A DNA stretch of 64,000 bases from an uncultured Aquimarina sp. (GCA_947500505.1 CANMSL010000019.1:11244-75243); one strand, 5' to 3'. Positions 1 through 12,514 are shown, counted from the first letter of the stretch. The notes: generated by a model from the sequence alone, not told the origin. Numbers and translations: made by a program.

Positions 1-987
1 AACCGTTGGTAGGTTTCCTCCCATTTCCGTAGAACCTAATTTGGTTTTAGTTTGACTCTCAAAAACCGGTTCCATCACTTTTATACTAATTGCAGAAACA
101 ATTGATTTACGAATATCACTTGCTTCATAGTTTTTGCCGTAAAACTCTCGAATGGTTTTTACCACGGCTTCTCTAAAAGCAGCCTGATGTGTTCCCCCTT
201 GTGTAGTATGCTGTCCATTCACAAAAGAATGATACTCCTCACTATATTGAGTTTTACTGTGAGTGATAGCTATTTCTATATCATCCCCTAATAGATGAAT
301 GATAGGATATAATCGATCATCTTCATTGATATTATCAGAAAGCAGATCTTTCAATCCATTTTCAGAAAAATACTTTTCACCATTAAACAAAATCGTTAAT
401 CCTGGATTTAGATATACGTAATTTTTAAGCATCTTCGCTACGTACTCCGTTCGATACTTATAATGTTTAAAAATCGTGTTATCAGGTATAAAAGAAACTT
501 TTGTACCTCTTCTTCTTGAAGTTTCCTCTAACGTATCCTGATTGGTTAGGTTTCCTTTTTCGAATTCTGCTGAAGCAGACTTACCGTCGCGAGTTGATTC
601 TACTTTAAAATAAGTAGACAAAGCATTTACAGCTTTCGTACCAACTCCGTTCAATCCTACAGATTTCTTAAAGGCCCTGGAATCGTATTTACCTCCGGTA
701 TTCATTTTAGAAACTACATCTACGACTTTACCCAACGGAATACCACGACCATAATCACGTACTATTACTTTATCTCCCTGAATAGAAATCTCAATAGTTT
801 TACCAGCACCCATCACATATTCATCAATAGAATTATCGAGTACTTCTTTCAATAAAATATAGATTCCATCATCTGCAGAAGATCCATCTCCTAACTTTCC
901 AATATACATACCGGGTCGCATACGGATATGTTCTTTCCAATCGAGCGATCGTATGTTATCTTCGGTATATTTCGTTTCCTTACTCAT
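1..987 (-). CDS. parE: DNA topoisomerase IV subunit B, N-terminal part (runs off left edge; not in ORF track)
   Basis: Manual translation from ATG at 987: [56 protein letters not shown]; [11 protein letters not shown] and EVLDNSIDE are GHKL type II topoisomerase B motifs of the Bacteroidetes ParE type. Confidence 0.9.
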   Translation of the reverse strand, partial: MSKETKYTEDNIRSLDWKEHIRMRPGMYIGKLGDGSSADDGIYILLKEVLDNSIDEYVMGAGKTIEISIQGDKVIVRDYGRGIPLGKVVDVVSKMNTGGKYDSRAFKKSVGLNGVGTKAVNALSTYFKVESTRDGKSASAEFEKGNLTNQDTLEETSRRRGTKVSFIPDNTIFKHYKYRTEYVAKMLKNYVYLNPGLTILFNGEKYFSENGLKDLLSDNINEDDRLYPIIHLLGDDIEIAITHSKTQYSEEYHSFVNGQHTTQGGTHQAAFREAVVKTIREFYGKNYEASDIRKSIVSAISIKVMEPVFESQTKTKLGSTEMGGNLPTV

Positions 988-1272
988 AAAATTTTGGGTA
1001 GAATGCTTGCTAATATAAGGTTTCACTTACACAATTAAAACAGTCGCACTACAAAGTAATTAACAATTCTAACGTGATTTTTGTTGATTAATTGACTAGC
1101 AGTTGATTAAAAAATTTTAAGAACATTATTAGTAATGAACACAGTTTTTCTAATCTTCTTACTCGATTAATCGAGACCTAAATATTTTCGTGTTTGATTT
1201 GCAATCTAAGGTCTTTTCCTTTTTGAATGCTTCGTAGTCTATTTCAAACTTATTTGCTCAGTATCAAAACCA

Positions 1273-1304
1273 AAAAAGGTGATCGATATAAAGATCACCT
1301 TTTT
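1273..1304. terminator. Intrinsic terminator downstream of katG
   Basis: aaaaaggtgatc...gatcaccttttt 12-bp inverted repeat with A/T tracts. Confidence 0.8.
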
Positions 1305-1327
1305 AATATTTATTTTCGAAAACTATT

Positions 1328-3586
<2,259 letters not shown>

Positions 3587-3673
3587 CTATGCTATTCTGC
3601 GTTGATTAATCATATATTTAAACAAATCAACAATCAATAATTTCTATACTTCTAAAACTAAAAATTTATCCTC

Positions 3674-3722
3674 TAAATTTGCGTAACCAAACAAGTACAC
3701 ATAATTTCATAACTGATCAGTT
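3674..3722 (+). promoter_or_regulatory. Bacteroidetes -7 element and palindromic operator-like site upstream of ArsR relic
   Basis: TAAATTTG at 3674-3681; perfect palindrome AACTGATCAGTT at 3711-3722 just before the relic start codon. Confidence 0.5.
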
Positions 3723-3730
3723 GCTTATTT

Positions 3731-4050
3731 TTGATTAGAAGATATGCTTTTTAAGCTATTGACGATCCGGTTAGGAGAGATATTATTTTTTTACACGCGA
3801 AGCAAGCATTATCTATTAGTGGTATGGCAGATGGTGTTTATAAAGAGATTATAAAGTATCAAAATATAATCTCATCGGCAAATTTTAAACCAACGCCCGA
3901 AGGTTCAGAAATACAAGCATTATTTGCAAAAAACGGATATAAAATAGATTTTACCTTTCATATAATCCATCTTACTGTAGCATATTGTCAGCAACAAGAA
4001 AAGGGGATTTATGAACGGCTGAGGATATGTATATTACTGTGCATAAGATG
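3731..4050 (+). pseudogene. Deletion-fused relic: ArsR-family regulator N-terminus joined to C-terminal half of an SRPBCC/AHSA1 protein
   Basis: One frame reads (TTG)IRRYAF*AIDDPVRRDIIFLHAKQALS (cf. ArsR RRDVFQAIADPxRRxII), then GVYKEII..IISSANFKP..EG.EIQALF..NG.K.DFTF.IIH.T.AYCQQQEK-GIY, then +1 shift NG*G (cf. SRPBCC NGWG). Confidence 0.75.
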
Positions 4051-4157
4051 TAAAAAAGAAATGTTTTATATCTTTTTTTAACTATCTTAAAAAGATAATA
4101 GTTCGATTAAAAATGCAAGAAAGTTCAAATTTTACAACTGTTATCAGGTCATATGAG

Positions 4158-4182
4158 AAAAGAGGGCGACAAACCCTCTTTT
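4158..4182. terminator. Bidirectional intrinsic terminator
   Basis: aaaagaggg-cgacaaa-ccctctttt hairpin between convergent units. Confidence 0.75.
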
Positions 4183-4200
4183 AATAATTGAACTGTAATA

Positions 4201-4485
4201 TTACTTTGTAAGATGAAAATACAGATACAAACCTACAACCATTACTAAAGAAGCTATTAAAGTAACAGCCTTTGACTTTATCGTACTTCTCTTATAAGAA
4301 TCTCTACGATCTTTTTTCGATAGATACCAAACCGAAAAGGTAACTACTAAAAATAAACTGAATAAGACAATAAATAAATCAGTTTGTGGATTTAAAGTAA
4401 ACAAGCTTGTTACCGCTATACAAACAATAGCTATTCCCATAGGAACTAGCTTAATATTGTTTCCTAATATATCCATAGTTATCAT
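4201..4485 (-). CDS. Small hydrophobic membrane protein (about 3 TM), unknown function
   Basis: 94 aa ORF with hydrophobic stretches and a basic loop. Confidence 0.6.
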   Translation of the reverse strand: MITMDILGNNIKLVPMGIAIVCIAVTSLFTLNPQTDLFIVLFSLFLVVTFSVWYLSKKDRRDSYKRSTIKSKAVTLIASLVMVVGLYLYFHLTK

Positions 4486-4493
4486 TTAGTGTT

Positions 4494-4658
4494 CTACATT
4501 TCCTTTGTTTTCATCTTTTTATACACGACAAACACCATAAGTAAAGCTAAACACAGAATTTGTAAGTATAAAAATATCGAATTCTCATAATAAATTTGAA
4601 TTCCTTGAAAAACAATTGTGAAACCAAGTAAAGTATATATTATAAACTTATCTTTCAT
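4494..4658 (-). CDS. Small 54-aa two-TM protein (not in ORF track)
   Basis: Manual translation MKDKFIIYTLLGFTIVFQGIQIYYENSIFLYLQILCLALLMVFVVYKKMKTKEM*; fits between neighbours with 8 and 22 nt gaps on the same strand. Confidence 0.6.
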   Translation of the reverse strand: MKDKFIIYTLLGFTIVFQGIQIYYENSIFLYLQILCLALLMVFVVYKKMKTKEM

Positions 4659-4680
4659 ATTGATCTTAAATTAAAAACAA

Positions 4681-4956
4681 TTATAGTCCAGAGGATATAG
4701 CCTTAATTGTTTTATGATGGTAGCAGGCAATATAGCTAATTGCTACTAATGAAATCGTTACATAATAAACAATTTCAAAACGATTTTGTTTCCAACGGAT
4801 TTTTCTACCACTACCATATACAATACATAAACAGGCGATGATAGCAAAAACCAGATTATAAGTTGTTCCTAACTCAAAAAACAAATCAAATATTATGAGT
4901 GCTATAAATAATACATATCCAACATAGAGGATTGATTTTCTTTTATCTATTGTCAT
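4681..4956 (-). CDS. Small hydrophobic membrane protein (about 3 TM), unknown function
   Basis: 91 aa ORF with three hydrophobic segments. Confidence 0.6.
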   Translation of the reverse strand: MTIDKRKSILYVGYVLFIALIIFDLFFELGTTYNLVFAIIACLCIVYGSGRKIRWKQNRFEIVYYVTISLVAISYIACYHHKTIKAISSGL

Positions 4957-5291
4957 ATCTTAAACGTCTGGTGATGCACAAAGAACAAAATTAATACGAA
5001 AGACTTTGCGCTTCCTCGTGTTTTATAGTCGCTAATATAAAAAAATTATTTGCGGGAATTTTCATATGTATTCTTAAAATCCATTTTTTAATCAGACTAG
5101 TAATCTCTGTACAATATTTCTTGCTGTTTTCTGTAACTTTATCGAAAAAAGTTCATTTCGTATCTACTTTTTAAAGATGATGAAATATAAAAAGGATATA
5201 CATTATAGCCATTTTCTTAACTATCTCGAAAAAACTATACCTTTAGCCTAAAAATAAAGAAGATCATTTCTAACTACAGGCTTGAAGGCAT

Positions 5292-7001
5292 ATGAAAAAA
5301 GAAAACTATGAAAACATCGCTCCTATCCACGACGAAGAGTATGATACCATAATAATCGGATCAGGGGCTGGTGGACTTTCAGCGGCAATATGTTTGGCAA
5401 GAGCAGGGCAAAAAGTATTGGTATTAGAGCAACATGATGTCCCCGGAGGATGGTGCCATAGCTTTTATCTAAACGGTTATCGTTTTACACCAGGAGTACA
5501 TTACATTGGTTTGTTAAATAAAGGAGAGTCCACCAGTACACTCTACGATGGTCTGGGTATTGCCAATGATATTTCTTTTTTCAAAATGAATCCTGAAGCC
5601 TATGAACATTGCTGGATAGGAAAGGAACGAATCGATATGCCAGCTGGATATGATGCCATTAAAGAAAAACTAGCGGAACGTTTTCCTGAAGAAAAAAAAG
5701 GAATTTCGACTTATTTAAAACTTGTGAGTGCCGTTAGCTACGAACTACAATTAATTCCGAAAGTAAAAGGATTTTGGGGACATTTAACAATCCCTTTCAG
5801 AACAAAAAACATGGGTAAATACAGTGTTTTTAGTTTAAGAAAAGTAATAAATAAACATATTAAAAGTCCTTTACTTAAAGCTGTATTAAATATACAGATA
5901 GGCGATCACGGCTTACCTCCATCCAAAGCCAGTTTTCCACTACACGCAGCTGTGATGGGGCATTATTCTAGTGGTGGGTACTATCCTGTCGGTGGTGGTG
6001 GCGCGTTGGTAAAAGCTATGACCAATGCTGTCAAAAAACACAACGGCGACATAAAAACCAGTCAAAAAGTAACAAAAATCCTGCTGGACGGCAAAAAGAA
6101 GAAGAAAGCAATTGGTATACAATTGGATAATGGTCAAAAGATTTTAGCTAAGCGAATTATTTCTAATGCAGATCCTGATAAGACATTTTTTGATTTAGTT
6201 GGAAAAGAAAATATCAGTAATAAATTAAACAAACGTCTGGGCAAAACCAAATACTCTTGTACTTCATTAATGCTTTTCTTAACTGTAGATATGGATGTTA
6301 GAAAAGCTGGTTTAGATTCAGGAAATATTTGGATGATGCAACACGAAGATCTCGATTCTTTGTTTGAAGAAACACAAAAAATAGATATTCTGCAAGGAGA
6401 GACGTTTCCGGGGATGTTTATAAGTTGCACTACATTAAAGGATCCTATTAGCTTTGATGGCAGATACCATACTATAGAGGCTATTACTTATATTAATCAC
6501 GAATCATTCAACGCTTTTAAAAATGAAAAAGAGAGACGTTCTGAAGAATATTTAGATTTTAAGGATCAGCTGACTAAAAAAATGATCAAAACCTTAGAAC
6601 AGGTAATCCCTGGAATTGGGGATAAAATTGTTCAAAAAGAGTTGGGTACACCGATTACCAATGAGTACTATATCAATTCTACGAATGGCTGTGTATACGG
6701 AACAGAAAAAAGTTTTTGGCAGATCGGACCTTTTGCATACAAGTCAAAAAGTGAAATTGAAAATCTTTATCTATGTGGAGCAAGTGTATTATCCCACGGA
6801 GTTGCCGGTGCTGGATATTCTGGTGTGGAAACCGCTGCAAAAATTCTTAAATGTAGACAAGAAGATCTTTTACAAACCGATAATTCTCAAAATATTCGGA
6901 TTTATGAAGCAGAAGATGACTCGAATTATCCTGATTGGATGAAAAAAAAGATACAGGTAAAAAGAGATCGTCTTGCAGCTGGTGTGGGTGGGTTTTCTTA
7001 A
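5292..7001 (+). CDS. Phytoene desaturase/retinol saturase-family FAD/NAD(P)-dependent oxidoreductase
   Basis: GSGAGGL Rossmann motif, LEQH..PGGWCHSF, G(V)HY, C-terminal NLYLCGAS...HGV. Confidence 0.85.
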   Translation: MKKENYENIAPIHDEEYDTIIIGSGAGGLSAAICLARAGQKVLVLEQHDVPGGWCHSFYLNGYRFTPGVHYIGLLNKGESTSTLYDGLGIANDISFFKMNPEAYEHCWIGKERIDMPAGYDAIKEKLAERFPEEKKGISTYLKLVSAVSYELQLIPKVKGFWGHLTIPFRTKNMGKYSVFSLRKVINKHIKSPLLKAVLNIQIGDHGLPPSKASFPLHAAVMGHYSSGGYYPVGGGGALVKAMTNAVKKHNGDIKTSQKVTKILLDGKKKKKAIGIQLDNGQKILAKRIISNADPDKTFFDLVGKENISNKLNKRLGKTKYSCTSLMLFLTVDMDVRKAGLDSGNIWMMQHEDLDSLFEETQKIDILQGETFPGMFISCTTLKDPISFDGRYHTIEAITYINHESFNAFKNEKERRSEEYLDFKDQLTKKMIKTLEQVIPGIGDKIVQKELGTPITNEYYINSTNGCVYGTEKSFWQIGPFAYKSKSEIENLYLCGASVLSHGVAGAGYSGVETAAKILKCRQEDLLQTDNSQNIRIYEAEDDSNYPDWMKKKIQVKRDRLAAGVGGFS

Positions 7002-7049
7002 ATTCAACATTAAAAAGTATCTTGTGGCTTAATCAGAAAAATTAAGAAA

Positions 7050-7106
7050 GACCTCTAAAAATAGTTTCGTCTCCTGAAAATTTAAACTTTTATTCTTTTA
7101 GAGGTC
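7050..7106. terminator. Long-loop inverted repeat between convergent genes
   Basis: gacctctaaaa (7050-7060) and ttttagaggtc (7096-7106), perfect 11-bp arms. Confidence 0.55.
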
Positions 7107-7138
7107 CTTTCCTTTAAACTGTTGATTTATTATGAAAC

Positions 7139-9016
7139 CTATCCTTTTAACCAGGCATTCCTAAGAGCTAATTGTTCATTGGTTGGATTATCTACTGTAG
7201 ATAAGGCGTTCCCTTTTGTATAAGACTTGGTAAGTATAGTTTTTAGAATAACTTCTTTTCCTCCTCTATCTAATTTCACCTCTACATCATCACCCTCTTC
7301 CCACAGTAATGTACCTTGAAGTATCGAATTCGCATTTAGTAAGGTCAATTGTGTACCATTCACCTCTTTTATAATGTCAAATGGTTGCACACCGTTATCT
7401 GACCAAAAACTATTTTCTTTTACTAAATCAGTAAAGAAAATTGTACCCTTATCCTGATCACCACCAACAATAATGTTATTACCATTTCTAACATAATCCG
7501 TTTCTATATCTTTTACACCCATAGAGAGCCCTACTTTTTCGAAAAACTCATTGTAATTAATTGGAGTATCGCCAATGACGTGTGTTTTTAAAAACTCTCC
7601 AATCGAAGGGTATGTCATCGCCGTAATTTCTTCTATGATTTTATCATCTTCAAAAGGTTTATTTTTACCATATTTTAAAGACAGTTCTTTCATTAAAGAT
7701 AGAATACCTCTATTTCCATCACTTTCTTCTCTCATTAATATATCAATACACATACCGATCAAAGCTCCTTTTTCATATACATTGGCGTAGTTTTTGGCAT
7801 ACGGTTCATTAAGAATGTTTTCACTCATTACCGTAAAACTCATAGCATCATCATACAAACCGGCAGATTCGATCTTACCCATAATTTTGGTGTAAAATTC
7901 ATCCTCTTCTACCAAACCTTGATTCACCTGAAAAACACTCGCAAAGTATTCGGTTACTCCCTCATACATCCATAAATGTTTAGAAAAAGTCGGATCATTA
8001 TAATCAAAATAATGTACATCTTCAGAATGTACGCTTAAAGGAGTAACAATGTGAAAAAATTCGTGAGAAACAACATCGATCATAGCGGATGCCAGTGCAT
8101 CTTCAGGTATGGCTTCTGGTAGTACGACTACTGTAGAAGTATGGTGCTCGAGTGCTCCAAAACCTGTAGGCGATGATTGTGTCTGAGGTGCCAGATACAA
8201 ATAGATATCATATCTAGGTGTACTATCGATATTTCCCAAATATGCTTTTTGGGCTTTCATCATCTTAAATACTGTTTCTTTGATTCCAGCTGCTGTATAC
8301 ACCTTATTAGGAGAGTAGACACTTAGCACAATTTTAATACCTCCGACTTCAAACTCTTCTACATCAAGTTTACCATACATCATTGGGTTGTCTGTAATAT
8401 CAAAATATCTGTTGGCAAAATATTTATCAGAAGTAACTGTGCCCGTTTCATTGGTTTCAGAACCAACTTTCTGTAAAGCAGAGGTTCTTTTCATTTCTGT
8501 TGGCGCTTTTACCTCTAATGCATACTGATTATTCTTTAAAACATCAAAATACCCAATAAATCCGTGCAGATTTAATACAAAATTATCCGGTTCTATGTTT
8601 GTGCCTGAAGGAGAAAAAGGAGTGCTTTCACTCGTATTCTCAATATCATATGTATCATTAACCAAATAAATTATTTTATCTAATTGTTTCGCATTAGCAA
8701 TTAGCCATGTGTTGGTATCTAACTTTTCGACAGCTAATTCTGCTCCATTATAATCAAGAGCTTTGAAACCATCCACAAATTTGCCAAAATCACTTACCGC
8801 ATATGTCCCTTGCACCACTTTAGGAAGAAAATATTTTATAGAGTCTTGTATAAAACGTCCGGGATTGATTACCACAGGTACTTTATCATCTGTAACCTGT
8901 GTTAAATCAATTTCCGTAACTATTGGTGTTTTAGAAGCAATATCATTAGTTTGGTTTACGGATCCACATCCTATTAGTACCAAACTAATGGATACTATTA
9001 TTAATGCATTTTTCAT
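7139..9016 (-). CDS. M61 family glycyl aminopeptidase with C-terminal PDZ-like domain, lipoprotein
   Basis: Lipobox LIGC; GALEH, SHEFFH (HExxH), WMYEGVTEY. Confidence 0.9.
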   Translation of the reverse strand: MKNALIIVSISLVLIGCGSVNQTNDIASKTPIVTEIDLTQVTDDKVPVVINPGRFIQDSIKYFLPKVVQGTYAVSDFGKFVDGFKALDYNGAELAVEKLDTNTWLIANAKQLDKIIYLVNDTYDIENTSESTPFSPSGTNIEPDNFVLNLHGFIGYFDVLKNNQYALEVKAPTEMKRTSALQKVGSETNETGTVTSDKYFANRYFDITDNPMMYGKLDVEEFEVGGIKIVLSVYSPNKVYTAAGIKETVFKMMKAQKAYLGNIDSTPRYDIYLYLAPQTQSSPTGFGALEHHTSTVVVLPEAIPEDALASAMIDVVSHEFFHIVTPLSVHSEDVHYFDYNDPTFSKHLWMYEGVTEYFASVFQVNQGLVEEDEFYTKIMGKIESAGLYDDAMSFTVMSENILNEPYAKNYANVYEKGALIGMCIDILMREESDGNRGILSLMKELSLKYGKNKPFEDDKIIEEITAMTYPSIGEFLKTHVIGDTPINYNEFFEKVGLSMGVKDIETDYVRNGNNIIVGGDQDKGTIFFTDLVKENSFWSDNGVQPFDIIKEVNGTQLTLLNANSILQGTLLWEEGDDVEVKLDRGGKEVILKTILTKSYTKGNALSTVDNPTNEQLALRNAWLKG

Positions 9017-9139
9017 GTATTCAATTATTTACTAAGCTAGACGCAAAAAATTAACCAATGTTACAATTTTGATTCGGCAAAATATATAATTTATAAAGAC
9101 TTTAACCTATTTTTAATCTTTATTTACTAAGCAATTACT

Positions 9140-9904
9140 TTGGATATTATTATTGATAAACATCGCCTACGGCTTTCTGCCGATCCGGAATCATTTGATT
9201 CTTTAAAACCAACCATCATATTCTTACACGACTCATTAGGATGTATTGAACTTTGGAGGGATTTTCCACTACAAATAGCTAAAAATACTGGTTGCAATGT
9301 ACTTTCTTATGACCGCCAAGGATATGGTAAATCCGATGGCTTTTCAGAAAACAAAAGAGATAAAAATTATCTTAAAAAAGAGGCAGATATATTGGCTCAA
9401 TTAATTGATCAGTTAGGGTTAGAAAAAGTTATTCTTTTTGGACATAGCGATGGTGGATCAATTGCATTGTTAACTGCATCATTATACCCTGAAAAAATAA
9501 AAGCAATTATAACAGAAGGAGCACACATTTTTGTAGAAAAAGAAACCCTGGAAGGAATAGAAAGAGCAAAAATTGCTTACCATACTATCTCATTAAAGAA
9601 AAAATTAACCAAATATCACGGAGATAAAACAGAACTTCTGTTTAGAATGTGGACAGAAACTTGGCTTTCACCCTCTTTTGCTGATTGGAATATAGAAAAC
9701 TATCTGAACGGTATACAATGTGCTTCACTCATTATTCAAGGAGAAAATGACGAATATGGCACTCTAAAACAAGTAGAAGGGATTCTGCATAATACTAAAG
9801 GAGAATCCGAATCTTTACTCCTTCCTGGTATTGGACATACCCCACATAAAGAAGCAGAAGAAATCGTAATAGAAAAAACTGCTGATTTTGTCCTAAATTT
9901 ATGA
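9140..9904 (+). CDS. Alpha/beta hydrolase
   Basis: FLHDSLG, GHSDGG nucleophile elbow, GHTPH. Confidence 0.85.
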   Translation: MDIIIDKHRLRLSADPESFDSLKPTIIFLHDSLGCIELWRDFPLQIAKNTGCNVLSYDRQGYGKSDGFSENKRDKNYLKKEADILAQLIDQLGLEKVILFGHSDGGSIALLTASLYPEKIKAIITEGAHIFVEKETLEGIERAKIAYHTISLKKKLTKYHGDKTELLFRMWTETWLSPSFADWNIENYLNGIQCASLIIQGENDEYGTLKQVEGILHNTKGESESLLLPGIGHTPHKEAEEIVIEKTADFVLNL

Positions 9905-9965
9905 ATTCGTGGTAGTACTCCTTGCCAAAAAACAACGAAATCAAAAGTTTGAGGAATTAAATTTC

Positions 9966-9973
9966 TATTTTTG
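9966..9973 (+). promoter_or_regulatory. Bacteroidetes -7 promoter element
   Basis: TATTTTTG 26 nt before the S9 peptidase ATG. Confidence 0.45.
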
Positions 9974-9999
9974 AAGAATCATACAAAATTTTTAAAACC

Positions 10000-12441
10000 A
10001 TGAAATTCATCAAATCATTTTTAGTAATACTATTTTTAGGCTCAGTATTGCAAGCTCAGGAAAATTTAGAATACCAAAAACCTGCTAAGGAAATTCTGGA
10101 TTTAGTAGATGTTCCACTTGCTCCGTCCATACGAATTGACCAAAAAGGTGAACATATGATTTTTCTTTATAGAGATGGTTATAAGACCATTGCAGAATTA
10201 TCAGAGAAAGAAATGAGATTAGCCGGATTGCGAATAAATCCAAAAACTAATATTTCCAGTCGTGCCAATTATTACAACAATATTAAGCTAAAAAAAATTA
10301 ATGGCGAACCTGTACAGGTAATTGGGCTGCCAGATAATCCCAGAATTGCCAATATATCCTGGTCTCCAGATCAAACCAAAGCTGCTTTTACTAATACTAA
10401 TGTTAATGGTGTTGAACTATGGATTTTGGATATAAAAAGCAACAGTGCACAGAAAATTACAGATGCTTCTCTAAACGCAAATATCGGATCACCTTTTAGA
10501 TGGTTTAAAGACAACTCCTCACTATTGGTGAAATTTTTATCTAAGCAAAAAAAGACTTTGATTAATGTAGATGAAGCTATCCCATCCGGACCTACAATTT
10601 CGGTAAGTGAAGGTACAAAAGCACAAAACAGAACATATCAGGACTTATTGAAAAATCCAAATGATGAATACAACTTTGAGCAACTAGCTACTTCTGAATT
10701 ATTTAAAGTAAACCTTGATGGTTCTAAAAAATCCTGGTCTAAAACCGGAATGATTCGTAATTATTCCTTTTCTCCAGACGGTAATTATGTTATGATAACG
10801 GAAATAAAAAAACCATTTTCATACTTAGTACCATACTACCGTTTCCCTCAGGAAACAACGATTTATAAAAGTTCAGGAGAAATTTTTAAAACAATCAATA
10901 AAGTTCCGATTGATGAAGTCCGTCCTAAAGGCTTTATGGCTACCAGAATAGGAAAAAGGTCTATTAGCTGGAGAACAGACAAACCTTCAACTTTAATATG
11001 GGCTGAAGCTCTGGATAAGGGTGATCCAAGCATTGAAGTAGAATTTCGTGATGAAGTTTTTCAACAAGATGCGCCATTTGAAAGTAAACCCGAATCATTA
11101 CTAAAAACAATAAACAGATATAACGGAATCCAATGGACTACCGATAAAGAAGTAGCGTTTGTATTTGATTATTGGTGGAATACTAGAAATACAAAAACAT
11201 ATGTTTTTAACCCAACTAAGCTTTCTGAAACTCCTAAGGTAATACACGATAGAAATTATCAAGACAGATATAGCGATCCCGGAAACTTTGTGACTTCAAG
11301 AAATGAATTTGGTAGTTCCGTAGTGAATATCAATAAAGGTAATGTATATCTAACTGGCGATGGATACAGTAAAGAAGGGCAATTTCCTTTTGTTGATCAA
11401 CTTAATTTAAAAAATAACACAACAAAACGAGTTTATCAATCTACGTATACAGATAAAGTGGAAAATATCTATTTCGCAACAGACATCGAAAAAGGAGAAT
11501 TCCTAGTAGGGATTGAATCTCCTAGCGAGTATCCCAACTATTACATTAGAAACATAAATTCTAAAAATAAACTAAAACAAATTACGAATTTTACTAATCC
11601 TTTCTCTGCAATTCAGGACGTCCACAAGGAAGTAATCAAATATAAGAGAGAAGATGGATTAGAACTTTCTGGTACGCTATACCTCCCTATTGGATATGAT
11701 AAAAATAAAAAGGAAAAAATGCCAATGATATTATGGGCATATCCGGAAGAGTTTAAAGATAAAAAGAGCGCTTCTCAATCAACATCCAATCCTAACGAAT
11801 TTACCTATCCTTTTTGGGGTTCTATGATTTATTGGGTAACTAGAGGATATGTTGTTCTTGACGATGCATCGTTTCCTATTGTAGGAGAAGGTGATGAAGA
11901 ACCCAATGATTCATTTAGAAAACAATTGGTAGCGAATGGCAAAGCTGCTATAGATGCTGTTGATAATTTAGGATATATTGATAGAAACAAGGTTGCTGTC
12001 GGTGGTCATTCTTACGGAGCTTTTATGACCGCAAATCTTTTATCACATTCTAATCTTTTTGCGGCGGGTATAGCAAGAAGTGGTGCTTATAATAGAACGC
12101 TGACTCCTTTTGGTTTCCAAAGTGAAGAACGAAGTTACTGGGAAGCTCCTGATGTTTATTATACAATGTCTCCATTTATGCACGCAGATAAAATGAAAAC
12201 TCCTTTATTACTGATTCACGGAAAAGCTGATAATAATTCAGGCACATACCCACTACAAAGTGAACGCTATTTTAATGCATTAAAAGGTTTAGGTGCTACA
12301 GCAAGACTTGTAATGTTGCCAAAAGAAAGTCATGGGTACAGAGCAAAAGAATCTATTCTTCATCTTTTATGGGAACAAGATCAATGGCTCGAGAAGTATG
12401 TTAAAAACAGAAAAACACCAATTTCTGAAGGAACAAATTAA
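10000..12441 (+). CDS. S9 family prolyl oligopeptidase-like peptidase (glutamyl endopeptidase-like)
   Basis: Signal peptide, propeller region, GGHSYG nucleophile, HG..D and ESHGY catalytic motifs. Confidence 0.9.
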   Translation: MKFIKSFLVILFLGSVLQAQENLEYQKPAKEILDLVDVPLAPSIRIDQKGEHMIFLYRDGYKTIAELSEKEMRLAGLRINPKTNISSRANYYNNIKLKKINGEPVQVIGLPDNPRIANISWSPDQTKAAFTNTNVNGVELWILDIKSNSAQKITDASLNANIGSPFRWFKDNSSLLVKFLSKQKKTLINVDEAIPSGPTISVSEGTKAQNRTYQDLLKNPNDEYNFEQLATSELFKVNLDGSKKSWSKTGMIRNYSFSPDGNYVMITEIKKPFSYLVPYYRFPQETTIYKSSGEIFKTINKVPIDEVRPKGFMATRIGKRSISWRTDKPSTLIWAEALDKGDPSIEVEFRDEVFQQDAPFESKPESLLKTINRYNGIQWTTDKEVAFVFDYWWNTRNTKTYVFNPTKLSETPKVIHDRNYQDRYSDPGNFVTSRNEFGSSVVNINKGNVYLTGDGYSKEGQFPFVDQLNLKNNTTKRVYQSTYTDKVENIYFATDIEKGEFLVGIESPSEYPNYYIRNINSKNKLKQITNFTNPFSAIQDVHKEVIKYKREDGLELSGTLYLPIGYDKNKKEKMPMILWAYPEEFKDKKSASQSTSNPNEFTYPFWGSMIYWVTRGYVVLDDASFPIVGEGDEEPNDSFRKQLVANGKAAIDAVDNLGYIDRNKVAVGGHSYGAFMTANLLSHSNLFAAGIARSGAYNRTLTPFGFQSEERSYWEAPDVYYTMSPFMHADKMKTPLLLIHGKADNNSGTYPLQSERYFNALKGLGATARLVMLPKESHGYRAKESILHLLWEQDQWLEKYVKNRKTPISEGTN

Positions 12442-12447
12442 TCAAAT

Positions 12448-12486
12448 AAAGGTGTCTGAAAGAGCTTATTTTTAGGCACCTTTTTT
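12448..12486. terminator. Intrinsic terminator between convergent genes
   Basis: aaaggtgtctgaaa...ttttaggcacctttttt hairpin with G-U pairs. Confidence 0.7.
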
Positions 12487-12514
12487 ATTTATTCATAGAA
12501 TAAAGATCGGATCG

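Noticed and set aside
3590-3650. Possible OxyR site upstream of katG
   Set aside because: Only one good ATAG half-site; the ATAG-N7-CTAT periodicity is not met in an AT-rich background
3824-4081. 85-aa ORF treated as an intact novel gene
   Set aside because: Better explained as part of the ArsR/SRPBCC relic; its tail is out of the ancestral frame
4957-5040. attC/cassette-like boundary upstream of the small membrane ORFs
   Set aside because: No clear inverted core sites, no repeat copies between the ORFs and no integrase
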